Shown here in pieces: positions 38,277-52,799 of a stretch of DNA of 64,000 bases. Location of the stretch: NCBI GenBank assembly GCA_024137785.1, contig JAHRHZ010000112.1, forward strand, positions 43,442,288 to 43,506,287, read 5' to 3'. The notes beneath the pieces are model-generated. The model was given only the letters and a program-made list of their open reading frames with translations. It was not told the DNA's origin and ran no database searches. The translations under genes were made by a program, and so were the position numbers. Origin of the DNA: Ginglymostoma cirratum (taxonomy: Eukaryota). The stretch's first letter is position 1. Every line of letters begins with the position of its first letter.

Positions 38277-39849
38277 CAGGTTAACAAGGAAACCTAAAAG
38301 TAGAAATTGATAGTAAGGCAGTAAGTCAACCATTGGTCTCCCTTCCGAATACCATCATTGATGCACCCATTCCATTTTAATCTCGCTGGTTGTGGGCAGG
38401 TAGTGAAATTCGGATACTCCATTATTTCAGCAAATTAAATGCCCTTTCCAGCTCCAAGCTCTAATCAATGAGCTCAGACAGCCTGCCCTATGAAGTACAC
38501 CCTCCAAAGCCAGCAACTGATGCACTGGATTAAAGTGGAACAAACCTCAGAACCTGCACATTTCTTAAGGTCTTGAATCATTACTGGTCAACTATCAGTT
38601 TTTCTCTCCCACCTCGTGCCAAACTTTGTTCAGTCTTTGCCTTTGTAGTCCTTGTTTTGTTCTCTATTTTGTATCACTAAAAGAAATAAGTAGATCTACA
38701 GTCAGACTTGAATATGGCTCATTGAAATAGAACTAATTCGAATTGAATTTCAAAATTCTGTCTGTTACTCAAGGGATTCCAAACCTAGGATGTGCCATAG
38801 AGTGTGAATCTAATATTTTTGTAAATAGATAGTAACTTACTTTAAGAAATGTTTGTGGCCAGGTTTCTTTTTGGCTTTACTAATTCTAATAGACTAGTGG
38901 GTGGTTGAGGCACAGTCTCAATCTCAGGAATGCATTAGAATGATGGCTCTGATCCAAAACCATTCTTAAAATTCAGAATTAGTCATATAAGGAACATTCA
39001 AATATAACGCCGCTGCATAGAAGTACCCTCAAAGAACATTAAAAACTAAATTGGAAAGTAACATTGAGTCACCTTGAAATTACATTGTAACAAATGGTAA
39101 AGTGATGGGAAAGTTCACATAAACTGTTCTGAGAAGTGTGATCGCATTATCTAATATGTCAAGCAACCGAGCAAATTTAGAACTTTCAGCCCTTCCAAAA
39201 AATGAACAATTATCTTGCACACATACAGATGGCTCTACGTTAACAAACTACTGAACCCAAGTTTCAGAAGCTAAAATTACAGCAATAACTGAGTGGCAAA
39301 GGCAGAACATCACTGATGCTGACAGTAAATTGGTGAAAATTCATTTTACGCCGATACTGATCACTCGGGTACATTTTTTGCTGTACATCGGTAATGATCT
39401 CCATTATTGATATTGATTACTCATTATATTCATTATTTTTAATATAATACTTCTATTAGCTATACCACAAAGTGTTACTGATGAAAGCAGCTGGACAGAA
39501 AATTTATGGAAGGCCAATTTTGCTTTTAGCCCTCTACAATATTCTTCCTAGATTTTACTTAGATTCATATAAAGCATGAAATGAGACTTGAAATTTTCCA
39601 CAGGAAGCCTGTAACTATACTTGCAGTTATCGAATTTGGCCTGAATCTTGCCTGACTGAATCAATGATGGATGCCTCTCAATGATGTGGACAGTTACACT
39701 CCATTTATATATCTTTCTTTGGAAACTTGTTCATTAATAGCTTTCCATCTTGGATAATGATGGTTTGTGATGAGGTGGTCATTATGTGTTAAGCATCACC
39801 TGATGTGGCCCGGGAACTTCACTGTAACATATCGATCTCTGCACCATTG

Positions 39850-40260
39850 ACTGCAGCGGATTCACTGCTCTCTGTTTTTTCTAGGCTATCTTTTCAGGGA
39901 ACTGAGCTTTCTGGTTCTGCCTGCCTTTTCCAACGCCTTTCCAAACAATCATCCTCCAAAGGTCACAGCTGTCAGTGATTGTCTCCCAGTTGTCAGTGTC
40001 AATGCTTGTCATCTACATACCTCAATTGCAAGTGACTTGGTAGTAGAGGTATAGATGCCCATGAAATTGTGACGCTGTGTTCAGTTCGCCAGACAGGAGG
40101 TCTTTGCTCATACAGCCATCGTTCACTCAGTGAATATAGCTGAGCTAGTGTGAATGTCGATAGCCTAATAGTGAATGTAAGCTGGTGGTATTAGTACATT
40201 CCAGGACTACTGAGTTGATGATCCTGTCCTGCCAATTAATGCTGAGTTCTTGAGAAACAG
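39850..40260 (-). mobile_element. RTE-clade LINE 3' fragment
   Basis: Minus strand KDLLSGELNT..IDTDNWET, the RTE C-terminal pattern LYGEL..IDTDSWE. Confidence 0.6.
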
Positions 40261-40449
40261 TGCTATAATAATGAGTCTTTTCAGCTGAATCTCTCATGAT
40301 GGGTTCTCACTTTTCTTGCTCGGGAGTAGTTGGTTTCGAGGTGCAATGAAAACATTAAGGGAACAGAGATCAGATGTAGTGAGTTCCACTAATTCTCTGA
40401 AGCTTCCTCAAATTATGCAAGTAAACTTGCTCACGAAATCAACATAAGG

Positions 40450-40720
40450 CTCCTTTGACAGCATCTTCCAACACACACACTCCACCACCTGAACATCAAG
40501 GGCAGCTTTTGAAAAGCCACCAGATTTGTGTTTCCTTCCAGGCCACACACCATTCTAATTTGGAATTACACAGCCTCGCTTCATTGTTGTTGGATCTGGA
40601 ACTCCCTTTCGAATATCATGGTAGGTGAACCTACATCATTCAGGAGGCAGCTCACCACCACCTTCTAAAGGGCAATAAATGTCTTGGCTAATGACCCTCA
40701 CATCCTGCGAACAAACGTTT
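40450..40720 (+). mobile_element. 3' fragment of the second CR1-clade family
   Basis: Parallels 3190-3510 (aggcagctcaccaccaccttct..gggcaataaatg). Confidence 0.7.
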
Positions 40721-41069
40721 CGAAAAACCTTTTTAGATGGAATATAGCAGCTTCAGAGAAGTGACACAAAGCAAACTCCTACCAAAGAGAGTCTTTATGT
40801 TTTTTGCATTGTTCCCCTTAACTGTTCTCTTTTCAAATTAATGACACAGTATTGTCATAAGCTAAGCTAGCTCGGTCTAGAACTATCTAAAAGTCCAAGT
40901 TCACTAAAATAATTGACTTCTCAAAACAATTACAATCAGTAAGTTTAATCCAAAACCAAATTCTATTAATTTTAAATTTAATTAGCATTGATTAGGGACA
41001 ACTATTGGTGATGGAAATGAAGGGCATATTGTCAGATGGGGTTTATTGTATCTCAGGTCACAGCCACTG

Positions 41070-41290
41070 GCAATAGATATTGAGGCCATTCAGCCTATCA
41101 AGTCCAGGCCACCTCTCTCTGGAGCAATTCAGTCAGTCCCATCTCCCTGCTCAATTCTCGTAGCCTTTCAAATCTATTTCCTTCAAATGCTCATCCAATT
41201 TCCTTTTGAAATCATTGATCCTTTCTGCCTCCACCATTGTCATAGACAATGAGTTCCAGGTCATTACCCTTCAGTACTGAACAAGATTTC
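41070..41290 (-). mobile_element. CR1 3' fragment
   Basis: ggccattcagcc..gagttccaggtcattacc pattern of a CR1 3' end. Confidence 0.55.
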
Positions 41291-42359
41291 TGGCTGTCTT
41301 TTGGCTGAAAGTATCAGGTCACGTGGGTCAAGGAGGTGTCTGCTGGAAGTTAATGTTCCATTTTGCTGTGCTGACATCATGTCAGTTTCACTATTTCCTT
41401 GGGCACTTAAAAAATTAGAGCAATATATTTGATGGAACCTTCCCCGTTCTCATCTCTCGCTGAAAAAAACTTTAAAATATTTGCTAATTAGCAAGCCTAA
41501 AATCTAGAACTGAAATGGAACTTTTATATCAAGTAATCATGTCTACTTTGTAAGACTTAAAGAGGTACACTATCATGTACATTTTGTTCATAGAAGTAAG
41601 TTTTCATGGTGCTGATGAGTATTAATTCTAGCTGTTCCACAAGGCTGTGCAATCTGTTTTTAAATTTTACTTGAATTTATGCTAGCCAGCATTTTTTAAC
41701 TTAAACAATTAAACATATTCAGTTCAGATTTTCCTTTGGTCATATGTCTGGCCTATTCAGGCTGTCTTGTAGAGATTAAGACAACTTGGTCTATGAGGTT
41801 TAAAGATTGAATGTAAACAGGAAGGTAATTTTAATGGATGATTTTAATCAATCTGATTTGGAACCATATTTTATGTTCACCTCCTGCTGCGTTTGCAGTC
41901 CTTATACTTCCTGAGGCTGGTGGGACGAGAGCCCTTTAGATTAATCTGCTTTTGAGTGAAAGATTGAGTGGGGAGACATCTGTTTCTCTCTCAGGCATAC
42001 CCTCACCCACAGTATTTCCAACATGATGACCCCTTGACTGCTGCTAATGTGGGCCTCCCCTACTGTCCCTGCAGCAAAGACCCTGGACTTACATTTGTCA
42101 AACTCTTAGCACTTAGAGACCATGGACTGCTTTGGAGACTTAGCACTGGTGGTCACTCACAGTGGTGCTGGCTGGAATTCCAGAGTAAGGTGGATGGGGG
42201 TGTTCTTGTCCTGTGTGAAGGGTGAAAAACCCATCCCCAACAAATGAATGCTTCATGGAGCTGTCAATATACATTGGGGTGCTTTTCCTATTGACTTTTT
42301 CTAAAAGCTGCCAGCCAAAAAATCCTGTCAGACAGAGCTGATTCTTCACTCAGTTCATG

Positions 42360-44200
42360 AAGGAAGTCACAAGAGGTGTCACTCAACTTGACCTGATGTT
42401 AATCTAAATAATTCAGTAATCCAGAATATTCACAAAAAAATTAATATCATGACACTCCTGGGGAATAATGACCATGAAGTGATTGTCCAATGTGACCTGG
42501 TAATCACAGATATTGAAGAACAGAAACCAAACACATAGCTTCAAAGGAACTAAAAGCTGACAAAATGAAGGAGCAGTAAAAGTAAATCAGGGAGATTGAT
42601 GAACAACAACTCAGCTGAAAGCAAATGGAACACATTTGAAGACATTCTCTTTGGGATTTGAGAAGGTTCTCCCAATTAGTCACTAAAACCTAAGCAGGGC
42701 ATTGGTGGTTAATTCTATAAATGATTTGGGCAAACAAGGTTTCAGCTGGCTTTTCATGGAAGTTATGGCAATTAGCTGGGAGAACCCGCTTGGGGAATTC
42801 CTTGTAACAATCTTAAACATGAAGGCCAACTTCATTCTCAAAACCAGTAAGCTCAGGGTTAGTAAATACAATGCAAAATGAACTAACAAACATGTGAGAT
42901 ATTAATTTAAGAAGCAACAGATTCTGAACCAATCTTGCTGTAAGGTATTTGAAGTTTTCCACCAGAATGAACAATAATATGCCTTAATATTTATCAAGTG
43001 ATGCATTCACTTTTGGGAATAAAATTTAGGACAATCAATAACCTAGTGTAGAGTTATATCATATGTTGTTTCAGTCGTTAATAGTTGGATTCAAAGGTGG
43101 AAACACTGTTTGATCAACGTTGCTCAGTTTGAGCAAGTCCCAAAGCAAATAGATTAATATAACCCTATGATGCAGAGGTTCTCAACTTTTAACAGGTTTA
43201 TAATGAAATTAAATGCCACAAACAATGGAAAACAATGGCAAACAACAAAGTAACTTTCATCATACTCAAAATTTTGGAGTCAAAGAGGGCGAAATTCACT
43301 TTTATGGTTGGATTAGCATAATGAAAAGTTGGTAATTAAACTGAAAGTTAATGGTGATTTGGTATTGTACGATGGAAAATAAACAATGAATACTCACTAA
43401 AGGACTTATGTTCAATGGAAGGAATAGTAAATGCAGTGCCCCAGGCCTTAGAGCTGGCACAATGATTGTATCGAATTTATATAAGTGCTGTTGGAAACTC
43501 AATCCAACATGGTTAAATTTGCAGCTGAAATCAAATTAGGAGACGCAGTAGAACTGGAGGAGGCAGTGTGTGTTGAGACAAAATATCCAAGGTAACAGAA
43601 CAATGACAGATAAAGTTTCACGAAAAAAGTGCTGGATATAGAGAAGGAATGTAAACAACAATAACTTTACGAATGGTGTGAAAATGGCTAGACACAAAGT
43701 TGAACCGGTTTTATGATTTCTAATAGATTCTAAACTAAAAATGCCCAACTAACACAGAGCAACAATGAATAAAGTCAATAAGATATTTAACCACAGCCAG
43801 AATAGCAGAAAAACAGGAGGAGGAGGTAATGACCAAATGTTATAATTTGCAGTTGAGTAGATCAAATGAATATTACATGGCGCTTGGGTCACTGAGAAAC
43901 AACAATGCTGGGGGTGGTGCAGACAAGAGGTGGTACAGACTGACTCCCATGTCTAGATAGATCACAGAGAGAAACTGGGTTTTCAGCGAGCAGGTAACTC
44001 TGAGGTGATCGAGTAGAAGTCTAAGAGATTGTTAAGAGCTTGAGAGAAAGCCAACCTTGAATATTTCGTACATTAAAGTGCAGAAATAAAATTAGGGGAT
44101 GCATTGAAACTAACAATGTCAGGAAATGTTTGTTCACTTAGAATGTTCAATCTAAGGGATGGAAGAAGGAAAGCTGGGGAATCATTTCAGAAATAGCTGA
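42360..44200 (+). mobile_element. Ancient, heavily decayed CR1 ORF2
   Basis: Scattered motifs in CR1 order: VTRGVTQLDLML, gggaataatgaccat, tgccccaggc, gaaactgggttttt..gaggtgatc. Confidence 0.45.
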
Positions 44201-45583
44201 TTCCTACGGGAAGTGGTGCTGCTGTAGGATCTTCCTGATAGATGAATACTAGTGAAACGCATGACCTTCACACGTGGAACTACTTTGTAACTGGAGTATG
44301 GAAATCATGTGACCCATGCCTCCATTACTTGTCTAATATTTTGACCGACCCATAGAAGTTTCATTATTGTAACCAAAATCAGTTAGGTATCCACCACAGG
44401 TCAATCTGTACTCATTTATCTTCCAATGAGTATACCCATTACCTTTTGTCTAAGGTCACCCAATGAACTGGGCAAGGTTAGATCCAACATCCTTTCCAAT
44501 GCCATTAAAGTTAAAATTCCAGGGAACAGTATTTATCTGATAATCTGATAAACATCTGGCAAAGGACAAAGTAACAGTATTGTCTGTCTTCCATGTAGGT
44601 TTATTCACCGTTCAAGTACAGCATAAAGTGCAGACTACATTTTGCTTCCCCAGACCATCCTCTTCCAATGTGGGACTGAAATACAATACTGTATTAATGT
44701 ATCTACCATCACCTTCTACCATTAGGCACTCACTGGAGGTATCCATCTTACAAGTTGTTCATTAATGACACAGTACAGGCAAAACTGCTGTCCTATGACC
44801 TTGTAACACTTCCTGGTGGAATCTGCGACTATACATTATCCCTAATCTTTCCCCAGTTGATATCAGCTGGTCGTATTCACAACTAGAACATGCACAAATA
44901 TATTCATTTGACACAGCATTTGCAATATTATGAGTGCTTATCTCAGAGGATACTGTATATTATTGATTTGGTGTTTTCTCATTTGCAGCTGCTAAGTTCC
45001 CAGTAATGATTTTACTCTGACTGCAGCACAACCTCTTTCTTAACTGTTGCTCGATTGCAACTATTTCTTTGAAATCTAATACACTCTCCCAAACTATTTT
45101 AATGACTCTACTCCTCTGCTTTTCTCCCATTTCATCTGAAGTGGATCTCACTCCAGGAAAGGATGTAGGTTTACTTTATTACTCAACCACATTAAATCCC
45201 ACTTCTCTTGTCTCTGTAAACTACAATCACTGCCAACGGGAGATGTCATCAGGAACTATAATTCTAGATGAAATGGCTCAATCATCATTCTAAAGTGTAA
45301 AATTCTGATGCAACTCCTGTTTCATCAGTTCCATAACCAATATAGTATTGTATGTGTAAGAGAGGTCTTTGGTCTTTGAACAGAAGCAAACTCAAATGTT
45401 TGTTCCCTTGATACGCTATTGTACAGGACCAAACTGCATTTGTGACAATGTATATATACAAAGATATTTTTTATGAATAAAGTGTGTTTTTGAAATAACC
45501 AAAATCAGTTCTATAAGCAACACTAAAACAGGACAAAAATACAGTTATCTTAATTATCAAAGAAGAAGGTGGAGTGTAATTGA

Positions 45584-45683
45584 TTCTGAGGAAGAGTCAC
45601 CGGACCCGAAACGTTAACACTGATTTCTCTTCACAGATGCTGCTAGACCTGCTGAGCTTTTCCAGAAATTTCTGTTTTTGTTT
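45584..45683 (+). mobile_element. Solo family B PLE end starting at the hammerhead-like core
   Basis: TT-CTGAGGA-AGAGTCACCGGACCC-GAAAC-GTT-AAC followed by the family B arm. Confidence 0.75.
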
Positions 45684-46307
45684 GTGTGTGTGTGGACCGT
45701 AATTGGCTTGGTCCCACCACTGCCTCATGAGTAGTCTCTGTTACTTTGACGCCACGCTAGTAAAAGCATTTGGGAGTCAGTAATGTGTGAGGGAACGAAT
45801 CCAACGTCTAACCTTCAATCTCACTCTGTAATCAGTCTAACAGAACCGCCTTATGGAGCCCTTTAACTGCATTCCAGATTTACACTGCATGTCAGGCTCT
45901 AGTAAAAACCACGTATTTGGAATGAGCATGTTTATTAGCCTTCCCTCCTGTGACCTGACGCAACCTCAGATTTGTAATAGCAGTGCACTTTGCTGATGGT
46001 GATATGCCAGAAATAACGCAACACCACTTTTCATGTCATGACAAAGCCTGGACCTGAAATGTGAGCTAATCCAATCGACTCAGTTGAATCAAGTTCAGGC
46101 AATCCTAAACATTGCCAAAGTAACAACTTGGTAGCTGCAAATTCCTTTTGAAAATCCCTCAGTTCTTGCTTTAAGAAAGTGCAGGAACCTAATATTTGAG
46201 AAGCCAGGGGATATTTAAGATTGCTCTGACCCTTGTGTATAATCTAATCACACTTCATTTGTACATGTAAATTTGTTTGCCCTTCAGACTCAACAGAAAG
46301 GCACTTG

Positions 46308-46395
46308 AAATTAAAACCGAAAATGCTGCTAAAACTCAGCAGGTCTGGCAGCTTTTGTGGACAGAAAACCAGAGCGACAACTCTTACTCAGAACT
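46308..46395 (-). mobile_element. Family B PLE arm fragment
   Basis: aaatgctgctaaaactcagcaggtctggcagc..acagaaaaccagag. Confidence 0.6.
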
Positions 46396-47958
46396 GACTC
46401 TTAGAGGTTACTTCAGGCCATTTGAGGCTATTGCTAGTTTCCTAACAGTGACCACACTGCAATCTGAGTCAGCTCGTGGCTGAAATATTTTCTCGTTGTA
46501 AGAGGCTAAGAAACAAAATAATTCAACAATGTGTGTCAACAAGATTGGAGAACGAGCTGGGACCTTCATTTCCAATTCTTCAACTGGCCTACTCACATGA
46601 AGATCCAAAAAAATTGACTTGGTGTTGAATTCCTGTGAACTTGCACATAAATCAGGTGATGTCATGGTAACATTATTCCTTTAATAAGGCAACAGTTAGC
46701 TGACATCAACAGAATTTTAACAACATTAAAGATTCTTCAGGTTTATCAGGGATGATATGTCAGAGACTGTGACCTCACTCAGTGAACTAGTGAGAGGAGG
46801 TATCGACTGCCCCTGGTCTGCCAGGAGCAGACAACGATGAAGTTGCTGAAAGCTGCTCTCGATGTGGCAAGGGATCTGTCTGGCCAAAAAACATTCATTG
46901 ACATCCACAACCTGTCCTTAAATGGGATTAATTGGCTGCACGGGTAATCTCTCTGCTTCTGGCAAAAGTGTACAGCATTGCCCATGTGTCAGAGAGTTGA
47001 CACAAGCCTTAACTCTCAAAATTCCTGGCTGCCTCCAGCTTAAGAGCTAACTTCACAAGATTTCACCCAGTATGTCCAAATGCACCATTAAATCAAGGTT
47101 AGAGAACACTTTGCAGAATAATGAACTATATTTCTATTCATGCTTGATGCATAACAAAGAGTTTAGTGTGATGTGAGAATGCTACTCTGAAAAATTGTTG
47201 CAACTTGAGCTTTCACCAGAAACAATTTCCATGTGTCAAATGTAAGGGACCAATCCGATTGACAAGTCTTTCCCACTGGGAACCAAGACATGGGCAAAAT
47301 TTTTCCAGCTTTCAGTGAAAGTGATTTGTTGAGCGAGATTCATGGAGCTGTCTGCCATGGCTTGGAGCAAGTTTTCTCAAACAATCTTCTACTGTTTATC
47401 TCATTAACTATGTCGCAAAGCTTTGGGGTCCCCTTCTTGGAGATTTACATAGCTAAGGAGGATGCCAGGCTCTCTTTGTGCCTCTGTAGCCACCATTAAA
47501 ATCCAGGGGTATACGATGTCAGCTGCTGCATGCCAGCAACGTCCCTGCACACTTCCAAATAGGGCAAAGTGAGTGAGTGGTTAAGGAAGCAGGATATGAG
47601 CTATACAGTGCGTTCAGTGTAGATGTATGAGATGCATGCGTGTCCCTGCTGGCAAAGTGATCTGGCAGAAGCTCATGAGTCTTAGGCGTCTGCCAGCATC
47701 AAAGGAAAGCACTGAAGGGTTGAAGTGGTGGGAGAGTTGGTCTGAGAGTGGGGATGATGGGGTGCTGGGGATGGTGGTTTGACAATGTTGAGTCACATGG
47801 ACTACAGGCTGATGGGACAATGGCCAAGGAGTCTGAGGGATGTTATAAAGAAGCAGCTGCATGATGACCACAATGCTCTGATTTACGCACTGTCTGTTCT
47901 CTCAGAGAAGGAGCAGGCAATTGGAAGTGGACTATAAACAACGTAAATACAGACATTA

Positions 47959-48098
47959 GAAATAACAAGGTGTGGAGCTGGATGAACACAGCAGGCCCAG
48001 CTGCATCATAGGAGCAGGAAAGCTTGACGTTTCGGGCCTGGACCCTTCATCACCTTGTTATCTCAGATTCTCCAGCATCTGCAGTACCTATTATCTCT
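47959..48098. mobile_element. Collapsed fold-back family A PLE insert
   Basis: TSD taaata[c/t]agacatta at 47944-47958 / 48099-48113. The left arm runs to the hammerhead core, then jumps to the last ~12 nt of the right arm plus tail. Confidence 0.85.
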
Positions 48099-48399
48099 TA
48101 AATATAGACATTAATGGGACACAAGTACATGGAAGACAAGGTCAATGGCGAGATTCTGAAGTCACTATTTAATTATTGTGGCAAAAATCACAAAACTCCT
48201 TCTCAACGTCAAGATCCTGTCTTTTTCAATCTCCTGCTACTTCCCATGGCAGACCAGGGAGGGGAACATTCTGCTGCACCATCTTGGGTGCATTTGATTT
48301 GACTTAGATCATGTTCCTGAAATAAATAGTAAATCGACTGCCTAGCTAATGCTTCATTGAAAACGGAATCTGTTGTCTGGTGCATAACCTTTCCAAACA

Positions 48400-49388
48400 G
48401 ATCTGGACACCACACCTTATGAGGGATTTATTAGCCTTGAAGGGAGCACAATGTAGGTTTACAACAATGATACCTGGACTTCAGTGGTTAAGTTATGATG
48501 AGAGATTATACAAATTAGGCCTGTTTTCTCTAAGATTTATAGAGTTAAGTGGTGATCTGATTGAAGTCTTCAAGATATTAATAGGAAAAGACAGGGTAGA
48601 TAAAGACAAACTATTTCCACTGGTTAGGGATTCAAGAACTAGGGGCATAGTCTGAGAATTAGGGCCAGATCATTCAGCAGAGGTGTTGGGAAGCACTTTC
48701 ACACGCAAAGATTTACCAGGGTGTTACTGGGACTGGAAGGTTCGAGTTATAAGGAGAGGCTGGCTAGGCTGGGACTTATTTCACTGGAGCATTGGAGATT
48801 GAGGGTTGACCTTATAGACATTTAAATAATCAGGAAGGACAAACATAAGGTGATCAGCCAAGGTCTCTTCCCTAGGATAGGGGAGTTGAAAACTAGAGGG
48901 CAGAGATTTCAGGTGAAAGACTTAAAAGGGACCTGAGGGGCAATGTTTTAACACCAAGGTGGGTGTATGGAACGAACTGCCAGAGGAAGTGGTAGATGTA
49001 GATACAATTACAACATTTAAAAGCTATTTGGACAGGTACATAGATTGGAAAAGTTTAGAGGAATATGGGCAAAATGGAGGCAAATGAGACTAGTTCAGTT
49101 CATGAAACCTGGTCGGCATAGACAAGTTGGGCTGAGAGACCAGTTTCTGTGCTGTATGACTATGACTGTATGGCAAAGAGTGGTAGATGTTTGGAACTCT
49201 CTCCCACAAACAGCGGTGGATGCTGGATCAGTTGTTAATTTTAAATCTGAGATACACTTTTGTTAAGCAAAGATATTCAGGGATATGGGCCAAGGCAAGT
49301 ACACGGAATTAGACCACAGAACAGCCGTGATCTCATTGAATGGTGGAATAGGTTCAGGGGGCTGAATGGCCTACTCCTGTTCCTATGT
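48400..49388 (+). mobile_element. CR1 3' fragment with a second CR1 3' fragment (about 48712-49172) nested inside
   Basis: The host breaks at cacacgcaaag and resumes at gcaaagagtggtagatg; TSD gcaaaga at 48705-11 / 49173-79. Confidence 0.8.
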
Positions 49389-50419
49389 TACTGTTGGATG
49401 TTCTGACTGATGAAATCTCTTTCGCCACAAGCTATGAATCAATTAAAGAAAAATAAATTAAAAGATGGAAAGTTTCTTGGGATTACTTAATTTCTCCCCA
49501 GTATTTTAAGATGATTTCCACATAATAAAATGTCTCAATAACTTGGTAAGTCTTCTTATATGGAAAATGCACTTTAAGAAACAACGAGAATCTATACATG
49601 GTTATTCACAGAGTCCTTGCCCTGCCTTAATGCTACAGTAATTGGAAAAGGCTTGAACTGAATTAAGGAAGACATTTACGCGTCAGGTACGCTCATGAAT
49701 TCCCTTTGATACAAAATTTGTTGTCTGCACATTTTCAGCAAACAATCCTAATGAGATTTATAAACAGAATATCAAGTGTCACTTTGTTTGGTTTATTTGC
49801 AGTAAATACATTTCACCGTGGGGCAATAAATGAAAAAAATTGTGAAGATGAAATAAATAGAAAGAAAATTCTGAGATCTGAGGTATCAGAGTATTAGGGC
49901 ATCTTTATAGGAATGTGTCCCACTTTCAGATATTGACTGCACCAAGGTAATCCAGTATGGCTTGGCATAGAGCCACAGAAATCCTCCTTTATAAAGATAG
50001 CTTTAGGATTTTGCTTTCCATTTCACTAAAGTCTCATGCCAAAAAAGATCAAAACATATCATTAAGTGCTGATTCCAAAATTAGACACCCAGCCCAACCA
50101 CCTACTTTCAAAGTTAATTGCTGCTTTGTTGCCAAGATAATAAATGCTATTTATAAGCTTGGAAAGGTGTTACTGTTTGCATTCCTACCTGTGCAAAAGG
50201 CCAACTGAGGAAAGCCCGAATATGATGCCTTGCCCATATGACCACACTCACTCAAACAAAACACGAAAATCCATTCGTAGAACAGTACAACGTCCAAGTA
50301 TTTGGCAAGATATATAACCCACAAAAAATGCAACTATAAAATAGGTACTCCTAGAATCACTGGAAATATTCTTGCTTTAACTGGGGCTTGGTCCGAGAAA
50401 TAACTGCAAGAGGAAATAA

Positions 50420-51775
50420 GGAGTGGATCATCACCCCTTCCTGCACTGAGACGAACCGAGGTGTGGCATCATGGGGGCAGGGAAAGCAGGTGACAGGTGA
50501 GTACATTTGGTCTGTATTTCCAAATGTTAAAATGAAAGTTGCATATTTTGTTTGTGTTTTAGACTCTAGACTTCTCTTTTTCTGACAAATAGCATGTTAA
50601 GCTTTCCTTGTAAGTCCATACTGATTCCAATGGTAACAAATAGTTTTTAGAACTATAGGATGGCAGGTCAGAAGGGTCAAGTGGAGTGTACTTCATGTGG
50701 TATGTGAAGCCATGGACACACCGTGTGTCCCAGATACTCATATCTGCAAGAAGTGTCACCGGCTGCAAATACCTGATCACGGGGTTTCGGATCTTGAGCA
50801 GTGACAGGATTTACTGTTGTTTATCCAAGAGGCAGGGGGCTATGTGGAAAGCACACGGAGGGAGCTGATCACATTCACATTCAGAGAAGATGGGTGACTA
50901 CCGGGCAATCTAAGGAAAACCAGAACTCCTCTGAGTCTATCGTGCTTGCTATTCGGTATTCCATTTTCGAAACTGGTGAGGGTGATAGTTCCTAAGGAAG
51001 AGCAGCCACAGCCAAGCCCAGGGCACCATGGGTAACTCAGCTGCCCAGGGGAAGAGGAAGAAAACCAGAAAAGCAACAGCTTCAGAGGATCAGACAGGGG
51101 GTTCTGTGGCAGTAGATGTGACTCCAGGTTGGTGTCTCCATGGTGCCAGGGTCAAGGATATCACAGAGCAGCTGCAGGACATCCTTCTAGGAGAATGGAA
51201 GCAGCCAGGACTCATGGTCCACATTGGTATGGTCCTGAAGGCAGATTTCAGAGAGCTAGGAAGGAAATTAAAAAGCAGGATCTTGACAGCAGTCATCTCA
51301 GGATCACTGCCATTGCCACATGCTGGTGAGCATAAGAACAGGACGACTGACTTATTAAATCTGTCGCTGGGGATCTAGTTAGGAGGGAGGGCATCAGATT
51401 CCCAAGGAATTGGGGCCAGTTCTGGGGCAGGTGGCTATAAACTGGACAAGTTGCTGGGGCTGATATCCTTCCAGGGAGAATTGCTAGTGAGGTTGGCAAA
51501 GATTTAACCTAGCTTGTCAGGGGCATGTGAGATATCTGAGGGGTAATCCAAATTAGAAAGAAGGTGTTAACAGGAAGTCAAAAAGAGGTCAGGAGAAACA
51601 GAGCTGGGCATCGTTTATGCTTCAAAGGTGGAATGATGTCAAAAAGACAAAGTAAAAGTACAGTCACTGAATGCATGCAGCATTCACAATGACGCAAGCA
51701 ATCTAAAGCCACAAAGAAATATCAGATTGCTTTTCTAGAAACGTGACTATATAGTGACCAGAACAAGGAAGTCAC
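50420..51775 (+). mobile_element. CR1 5' region: ORF1 (Cys-rich N-terminus plus SGNH esterase) and start of ORF2, decayed
   Basis: WCLHGARVKDITEQLQDILLGEWKQPGLMVHIG..FRELGRKLKSR..VISGSLP, the CR1 ORF1 esterase pattern CLPGARVKD. Confidence 0.78.
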
Positions 51776-52799
51776 AGATCATCCCAACTCGGGCTTATAC
51801 TGCTACTCCATCATTGTTGCTGGGTCAATACCCGGAATTTATTACCTATTATTTTTATAAGAGCATCATTGCCACAAGGGCTGCTGTAGTTTGAAAAGAA
51901 AACCTCAAACCATCTTATCAAGCTCAGTCAGGATAGGAAATAAGTGAAGCCTTGCTATTGGACCCAATACTTAAGAACCAATAAGAATTCTAAAAATGTT
52001 ACCATACCTCAAAAATATTTTGCATCCTACATCACCAACTGTTAAGAATTGGTGTGAATGCCGAGAAATAACATTCCTACGTACAAGAATATTCTGTTTG
52101 TGGGTGAGGTCATTTTACCTGATTAACGGCAATGTACAAATACAAGTTGTTGCTGCTATTGCCATCTGGACTGGGATTGAAAACTTCACTTGGGCTTGAC
52201 GGAGGTGATTCCCAGCTGCTGTTGGCAAATCCTGTACGTGTGAGGGATGCCCTAGGCTTATTTCAATGTTCATCCAGCTGTTGTGGAATTATCACAGCAA
52301 CTTCTGTGACATGACAATGTGGTGGTGAGGACCAGGGAGCTCTATCTCCAGGGAGAAAATCGATGGGAATTGCAATCAATCTGCTCATGTGAAAATATGG
52401 CAATACATGGTGTGAACAGTGATAAACTGTGGAAAACACTTACCAAGAGTTGCTGTAAATGTGAAAGGCATTAAAAAAAATTTAGTGCTTTTGTACAGTT
52501 TGATATAGCAAATGAAAGCACTGAGCTTACTGCTTGTAACGTTGTCTAGTCTCTACTTCTAAACCTTGGGACCTTTTTCTCGTGTTTCCAGATCCGACTA
52601 GATCTGACAATAATACCTTTGTTCATGATAATGTTACTCTGTTACCCTTGATCACTTTTTCTGGGATCACTTGGGAATTCTTGACTGCCCTTGGTGACCT
52701 TTATTGCGTTTTTTTTGTCTCTTTGGGGAAGTTACTGATGCCAAACAAACAAAAAATAGCACATGGGAATTAGTCTGCGACAAAGTGAAGTGAATGTGA

